The translations under genes were made by a program, and so were the position numbers. A stretch of DNA of 56,972 bases, the filler included, from Platydemus manokwari (taxonomy: Eukaryota): NCBI GenBank assembly GCA_037951405.1. It is 5 parts of 5 records of this genome, joined end to end, with 100 filler letters (N's around TTAATTAATTAA, not from the genome) between each part and the next. Parts side by side here need not be neighbours in the genome. Positions count along the whole stretch, not along the records: positions 48,004 to 56,972 come from JBBMOY011321315.1; 4 more parts are not named here. One strand, written 5' to 3'. The notes under the pieces are model-generated. The model was not told the DNA's origin, ran no database searches, and saw only the letters and a program-made list of their open reading frames with translations. This document shows positions 50,275 through 56,972 of this stretch, piece by piece; within the stretch, counting starts at the first letter, position 1; each line of letters opens with the position of its first letter.

Positions 50275-50889
50275 TTTAATTATATCTAAGTGATACACTT
50301 AAACAAGCGTAAATTAATATAAAAGCTATTTCTAAGAATAAATTCTGATTAGTACCCGCACTATTTAAAATAAATTATATTTTTGAACATCTAATATATA
50401 TTTTATTAAATATTTAAAATATATTTTGAAATTCCAGACATAGTGAAAGATATTGATGATCTCTTGTAATGTCCTTAAAATTCGACGAAAGCTTCGACGG
50501 TTTTTAATAACTTTTGGTGTTTTGAAATTTTAGGACAAGCTTTTTGTTTGAATTGAAATGAGCTTAGAGGAAATATGGATTTTAAAATAATTTATTACCC
50601 TTGTATGGATTTATTTTTGAAAACTGTATTAGTGTTTCTTAGCAGAAATACTCTAGGTTAAAAAATCCAAATATCACGAACAAGTTTGTAAAATTCTTTT
50701 TTAGAAAGAATACTGAAGATATGATTATTATTTATATTAAAATTTGTTTTAATAACTTCAATTTGAAATTATTAAAATTATTTTCAAAAAACTTTAAATA
50801 ATGGAATAATTCAAATAAATATCCAGCACATAATAACGCATTTAACCAACGTTGTTTAAGTTAGATAATAAAATGATATTTGTTTTAAT

Positions 50890-52370
50890 ATTCAAGGCTC
50901 AATTTTTATGGCTTCTCGGTTCGATTTGGAACTGACAGATTTGGTGGGGAACCTATTGCTCAAAACCGCAGAAGAAATCCAATAGATTTAGAAATCAAAA
51001 TTCAAGAATTTTTAGAAAATTATCTCGAAATTAATGTCATCACGCCTTGCAAGAGCCTTTGGAACTTTCTTTTGGTCGTGGTTCCTAAAAAAGATAGATG
51101 TGTCAAAAAATTAAATGAACAGACAAAGTAGTTTGCTTTTACCGGACCTGATATCCAAATATAACTTTACTCAGTGTATAAAGAGAAAGTTTTCTCTACG
51201 ATAGATTTGGGCCAAGTACATAATCAGGTCGAACTAGAAGAAGTTTCTAAAATGAATACGACATTTAGCATTAGAAACGTACAGTTTTGTTTAAACACAT
51301 AACCTTTTGGATTATGTACAACTGGCAATGAAAACAATTAATTTAATCATCAGGTTTGAAAATCAATCCCGAGAAATGCATTTTTGGCAGTAGAAATTTG
51401 AATTTCATGGGTCTAACGGTCAGTGCAGAAGCTATTGAAACTAGTGATGACAAAGTAAAGAATATTAAGGAGGCAATAAAACCTGGTTGCATCACTCAGT
51501 TGAATTCGTTCCTATGATAAAAGAAATTATGCACAGCACCGATTTTGACCTTACTTGATCCAAACAAAGAAATGATTTTAGACTCTTACGCTAGTTTTGA
51601 AACTATTGGGGTGTTCTAAGCCAGATGGATGGCAATGGAAAATAGAAAAAGAACAAATGGTTTTAGACCTCTTAAAAGTCATGAAAAAGGGTACTATCTC
51701 CAGAGGAAGATGATTTTGACGATCCACGAGTTTATTATTCATTTTAAACATTACCTGCTTTGAAAGAAAATTGTGATTTGCATCAAAGCCTTGACATACA
51801 TGAAGAAAACTAACAATTTGAAAATCCTTCAGTTTCAAACATGGTTTGCAAACTTATCCGGATTCCAACATCAATATCGGAAGGAATCAGGTCATGGAAA
51901 TACTGATGGACTCTCAAGGATAAACGAAGCATTTTGTTCACAATGCTTAACTCAGCACCAAGTGCCTAAAGAAAGTAAACCAAAAATTCGGTTTATAAAT
52001 GTTGTCGATTGCAAATAATGACTAACTAAGAAAGATTCAATAAGCAGATACTGTTGTTGGTTTCATTCGAAAATGGTTAGGGAGTGCGGATCAGAAATCT
52101 ATTCAACAGTCACGAAAAGGAAATATTTTAACAGTTTAGAGAAATATGAATTGTTTGAAGTTATGGTGGTATATAATGAGAATGGAAAAAATTACGAGAT
52201 ACCTTCATAAATAGTTATGCCATACCGTTAGATTACATTCAAAAATATGTCACGAAGCATCGAACATGAAGTACGGAATTGCGATATTTGTGCTAAACGG
52301 AAGGTATGCATTAGACGGAATTAAGAGAAAAGCATTCCCAGGGAAGGGTTTGGATAATAGATAGAATTGT
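50890..52370 (+). mobile_element. Degraded Ty3/gypsy pol (RT, RNase H, integrase zinc-finger remnants)
   Basis: EPIAQNRRRNP...VITPCKSLWNFLLVVVPKKD, FSTIDLGQVHNQV, PFGLC, LDSYASFETIG, HGNTDGLSR and NCDICAKRK; many stops and deletions. Confidence 0.85.
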
Positions 52371-54299
52371 GCAGACTAATATCAATGTGTGTTTTATATT
52401 ATTTAAATAATTAATTAAAATTTAATAATATTATTGATCATACGTGGAACGATATACAATGAATAAATTTCACCATTTTAAAGGCCTATACTTGATAAAA
52501 CTGATAATAATTTTTTAAATGATAAAATTTTTCCCAACTTCTGCACGTAGTGTATGTTACATAATTTTAAAATGTAATGACATGTACTTGTCATTACAGG
52601 CAGAAAGATTCATTCATTACGATCTCATGTAATATAACTTATCTCTGAAATTACAGAGGATTGGCATTGTCATGCATATACTCATCTCTGAGAGATTTAC
52701 TGCCAATGAAATTGAGAAAGTAATATGTACTGAAATAACATACCCTGTAGTTGATAAGAATGTTTACCAAGATCTGACGAAAAATATCATACTCTTGACA
52801 AAATCTACAGATTGAATACAAATTCATCATACACGTTAAGATAGAAAATACTTTAAATTACACTCACTGTCACTAATAACAAGCGCTAAAAACATTGTAT
52901 ACACAATACGATCAATAAATGTGTTAAAATGTCAACCTATCCAATGTAAAATGGTCATATCAAAATAAATAAACAAAGTTTTGTTTTTATTCTCTTTTGT
53001 TTTCAAAGATATGCATAACACTTACAAAGTCGAATAGTGTAATTTTCTTAGGTTAATAAATTAGGATTGTAGGTACTTTTATACAGCCAGAGATATAGGT
53101 ATTTTTTATTTCAATCAGAAAGTGTTGATGTAAGTGCCCTCTCGCATAATAGCCTATTTTAAAATGTTTGGAGCTCAAGCAATTTGAAAATTAATTTATA
53201 AAACTTATCAAAAAACATAATCGAAAATTATTTTAAATAATAAAATTCCAGTGAAACCAGATTATTTATAAAAATATAAATTCAATCTGTATTTTAATCA
53301 AAAGCCTTGATACAAGCATGTTATACAGAATCATTGATTTTATTAGTGAAAATAATATTATTTGCTGAAACATGATTGATGGAATCCCAAATAAAACAAT
53401 CAATTAGTTAAAAGTTTCTTTTAAATATATTAAAAACTTATTGTGTTTTTTTCGATTTTTTTTGAATAAATCTATGAATAAATCAATAAATCATTAACCA
53501 TCACAAATCTTGTGGAACTTATATCTAAAACTATCTAATACATTTGCTAATATATTAACATCTTGTTGTAAATATTAAGTCATATAATTAAATAATGTTA
53601 TACAATTTAATTTATTCAAAACATCATGCAGCTCATTAATATTCCTTGTTTATTATAAAATGGAAAAGTATATTCATTTAATGTACCCAATATAGCTATA
53701 AATTAAATAAATGAATTTCATGAAAATTTTAATTTTAAGATTTCAGCCAGCTCTTATTGTCTGATACTATAGAATTGAGAACATTACTTGATTACCATGA
53801 TTACAATCCATTTATATTTTTTGATTTCAAATAAAATTTAAACCCAACCGAAAAGAAAACAAATATTATTATCATGGCCACTAAATGAGTGTGTAATCAA
53901 CGATTTCTAAAATCACATTTAATTAAAATTTATAACAAGTCATATAAATTGATATATTTAATTATATCCTTATCTAACAAATTTTTTTAAAAATATGCAT
54001 ATCAAAAACTAAATCAGCAAAACCATTTTTTTATTGAAAGTCTTACAAAGTTAATAGAATTAATAGAAAATCTTCTAAAAAGTAATGTCATAACACCTCT
54101 AATCAGGGCATTCCTTATGATGCATATCTGAATTTATTTGAAGAAATTAAAAAATACCCTCAATTGAATAGGTCAGATTTTATACTCGTTATTTTGTTTT
54201 AATTTTATGGCTTAAAATGATAAATTGATAGTAATAACTCGTTTGCATCAATATTTTATTCTAATTCAAAATTACATCGCTTGTTTTTTAAACAAATCT

Positions 54300-56080
54300 T
54301 ATTTTTTATCTAACCTTCCTCTCCCGTTGTTTTTGAGATCCTTTTTAGCCATTCAATTCTTCGAAGTTTTGGCTGTCCCTGAAAATCAATGATGTACATG
54401 ATGTGGGCTTCATAATTCCAATTTCTATGTGAACTTTCATAACGATTTCCGTTCTTCTATATCTCATGTGATTTGTGGTTACTGATTTTAGTAGGTTTTC
54501 CGTTTCTTTGATGAGCTGGTCGTGGTGGCTTGGTTCATTTAATCTTAACCCATGCACATTAATTCTTCGACCAAATAATATTTCAAAAGGAGAATGTTGA
54601 ATTGATAATAATTTCTATCCAAGGTATTAATTTATCCCAAGCCCGTTACCAGCATTGTTATCACCATATCCCGGACCGTCTTAACCATCCTTTCACCTAA
54701 GCCATTTACCTGGTGTTGGTATGGGGAAGTAAATTCTAGCTTTATTCCATAACGTATCACTAATTTCCTCGAAGACTCCAACCCGACTTATAAGTATTGA
54801 TTTCGGAGCTCCATACTTAAAGATTCAATTATCGATAATACATTCGTATTTCTCTAAACTTTTAAAACATTTCCTTTTCTTGATCACTGAATTGACTCAT
54901 GTTTCCGTTTTCAGTAACCGTTTTCGGTTAAAACAAACAACAATATCTTCTTGTTGAATCTTCCTTAGTTCGTCATTATTTGCAATTGAATGCTCGACAA
55001 CACTAATAAGTCAACTTTTTAGCGCCTTGATGCTGAGTTAAGCACCATAAACAAAATTCTTCACCTACCCTTGAGAATCCATAGGTGTTTCCATGATATT
55101 GTAGTTTGAAATTGAAGCCATTTCGATTCTGCATTGATTGCTGTATTTTTTTCTTACATCATTGGCATCAATTGATACTATCCCTGCAAGGAATATTCCA
55201 CAAGTCGTCATCTTGTCAACTCGCTCAATGAATCCTGGTGAGATTACTTTTACTACAATGATCTCGTTTACTAGAATTTTGTTAAGCCAAGCTATCGGGA
55301 TCCTTATTTTTCCAAAATACTATTTATGTATATTGGAGAATGCACCAATTCGCCTCCAATTACTCTCATTAATTACTGTTATCCATGCACCAGAATCCCA
55401 TAACATTTCAATATGTGTACCATTGCACTCAATTTTATTCTGCTTTTTGATACATCTGTAAATGCTTGCTTTTCTATTAGCTGTCTTTCTTTTTCTCTTT
55501 TATTCTATCTAAAGATGATATGTGCCCTATTGACTCAACCCCACTGACGACTTAAGCTTAGGAAATTGATGCCAGTTTTTTTCTCTGAACAAATGATCTT
55601 CCTTTCATCATAATAACCATTTATTCCGCAGTGGATATTGAAAACTTCGAGTGTTCGAGCTTACCACAGCATAAGCAAGTTTCTGGTTTTAAATAATCAT
55701 CGCGTGGTGTGGGTTTTCCTCTACAATTGTTGTAGAATTTAGACGCAATAGCCTTCATTGATCTTGTTGGTGTTGTATTGTTTGGAGATTGATTAACTGG
55801 TGCACGATGACATTCCTCTACATCAAAATCTCTTTCCTTCAAGATTGTGCTTGACTTTTTGAAAGAAGTCTCCTTCTGAAAGATTTTTCTTGGGTAACTT
55901 TGAAGTACAGTCTGTCTTCTTGATGTCATTTACCAGCTTCGTAGGAGATAACCTATCTAACTCACTTCTCTTATCGTAGGACTCTGCACGGTCTAGAGTA
56001 AAAGTCTTTTTCAATTTCTTGCCATCTTTGGTTGTCTGGAACCATTTTTCAGCACCTTGGATGAACGACAGAATCAATAA
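54300..56080 (-). mobile_element. Degraded Ty3/gypsy element (gag, protease, RNase H end, integrase)
   Basis: Gag-like frames with a CxxCxxxxH knuckle (TCLCCGKLEH); aspartic protease IEMLWDSGAWITV; HGNTYGFSRVGEEFCLWCLTQHQ (related to 51890-51965); integrase FTSPYQHQVNGLGERMVKTVRD and SFEIIFGR. Confidence 0.85.
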
Positions 56081-56231
56081 TCACTGAATTTTTTGGGGCA
56101 GATTTGTAAAAAATTAGAATACGCTTAGATTTTTTAAATTAAATATCTTTTGCATTTTAACATATTTAACATTTATTGCAATTTTAGACCATAAATTTGA
56201 CGAAACATTAATTTACAATTAAAAATAATTA

Positions 56232-56732
56232 CCGTATTCATCCAAGTATAATGCCTACCAAGTATAATGCTCCCTATACTTTTAAATTTAAAAACTGGTT
56301 TTTTTCGACATATCCAAGTATAACGCTCCCCTAAGTTTTCAAATTTGGATACTTGGCTGGAAAGACCCTGCAAGCTTTTTTAGTTTTTGGCAGCTCAATG
56401 AGATATTCTTTCTGCTTTCTACACAACCTGACATTTGTCTGCGGAATTGTAAATTCTCTAAAAGCAGCCCAGTTTGCTTCCGCAAAGTTTATGACTTTAA
56501 GCTTAAAGGAAGCTTCATAACAAGATCTCTTTCTTTTAAATTCTGGTGAGCCAGTCATGCTTGTTGGGGATCAGAATGATTGTCGTTTAAAAATTGTTAA
56601 TAAACATACTTGTCTTGTTACATAATCATTACATAATTTGATCTTTCTTACATACTCAAGTATAATACTCCTCCCATTTTCAATGTTGAAATTTGAGATG
56701 AAAATGGGAGCATTATACTTGGGTGATTACGG
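56232..56732 (-). mobile_element. pogo-family (BrkDBD-type) DNA transposon deletion derivative / MITE, 501 bp
   Basis: TA|ccgtattcatccaagtataatgc ... gcattatacttgggtgattacgg|TA (23-bp TIRs with TA duplication); internal caagtataa(t/c)(g/a)ctcc repeats; ORF 56331..56558 RSCYEASFKLKVINFAE...AAFREFTIPQTNVRLCRKQ is a Brinker-type HTH. Confidence 0.9.
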
Positions 56733-56972
56733 TAATTTGTTCTTTAAAAAACAACTTAAATTTATTAGATAACAAATTTAAATAAACATTTTAACGATAA
56801 CTTTTTCTGTTACAGAATTTCAAATATTTTCTAAATGAATGTATATCTATTTAAGATTACTTAAATTTTTTTTTAATTCATTATAAACCTAACTAACTTC
56901 CCCTCTATACCACTTACATCAAAGGTTACAGGAAATCGATTTTGGAAAAATTAAATGAAACCAACCCACAAC

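Noticed and set aside
1-56972. CRISPR arrays, rRNA/tRNA genes, prokaryotic operons
   Set aside because: No regularly spaced repeat-spacer array, cloverleaf or rRNA-like sequence seen; the DNA is eukaryotic with spliceosomal introns.

Overview
Very AT-rich eukaryotic (metazoan) DNA, probably a flatworm-like invertebrate (inference from composition, a 50-nt intron and the transposon spectrum). The window is not one locus. Four identical 100-nt spacers (N44-TTAATTAATTAA-N44) join five pieces: 1-9140, 9241-20071, 20172-36495, 36596-47903 and 48004-56972. Host-like coding content: a cadherin-repeat exon, an intact two-exon secreted C-type-lectin/PAN gene, an intronless UBE2J/Ubc6-like E2 with no membrane anchor, an orphan type I membrane protein, a broken carboxypeptidase A/B terminal exon and a few orphan exons. 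Most other recognisable sequence is decayed mobile DNA: two NeSL-like non-LTR retrotransposons with Ulp1/SENP-type protease, RT and restriction-like endonuclease; several Ty3/gypsy remnants; two mariner copies; a pogo-type deletion derivative; LINE RT scraps; and a short TG...CA solo-LTR-like family. The most notable observation is a Polinton/Maverick (adintovirus-like) minor capsid (penton) gene fragment directly abutting the 3' end of the near-full-length NeSL-like element, which suggests the retrotransposon inserted into an endogenous DNA virus. I see no clearly supported wholly new system; the leads below are ranked accordingly. All family calls come from by-eye motif recognition, not database searches.
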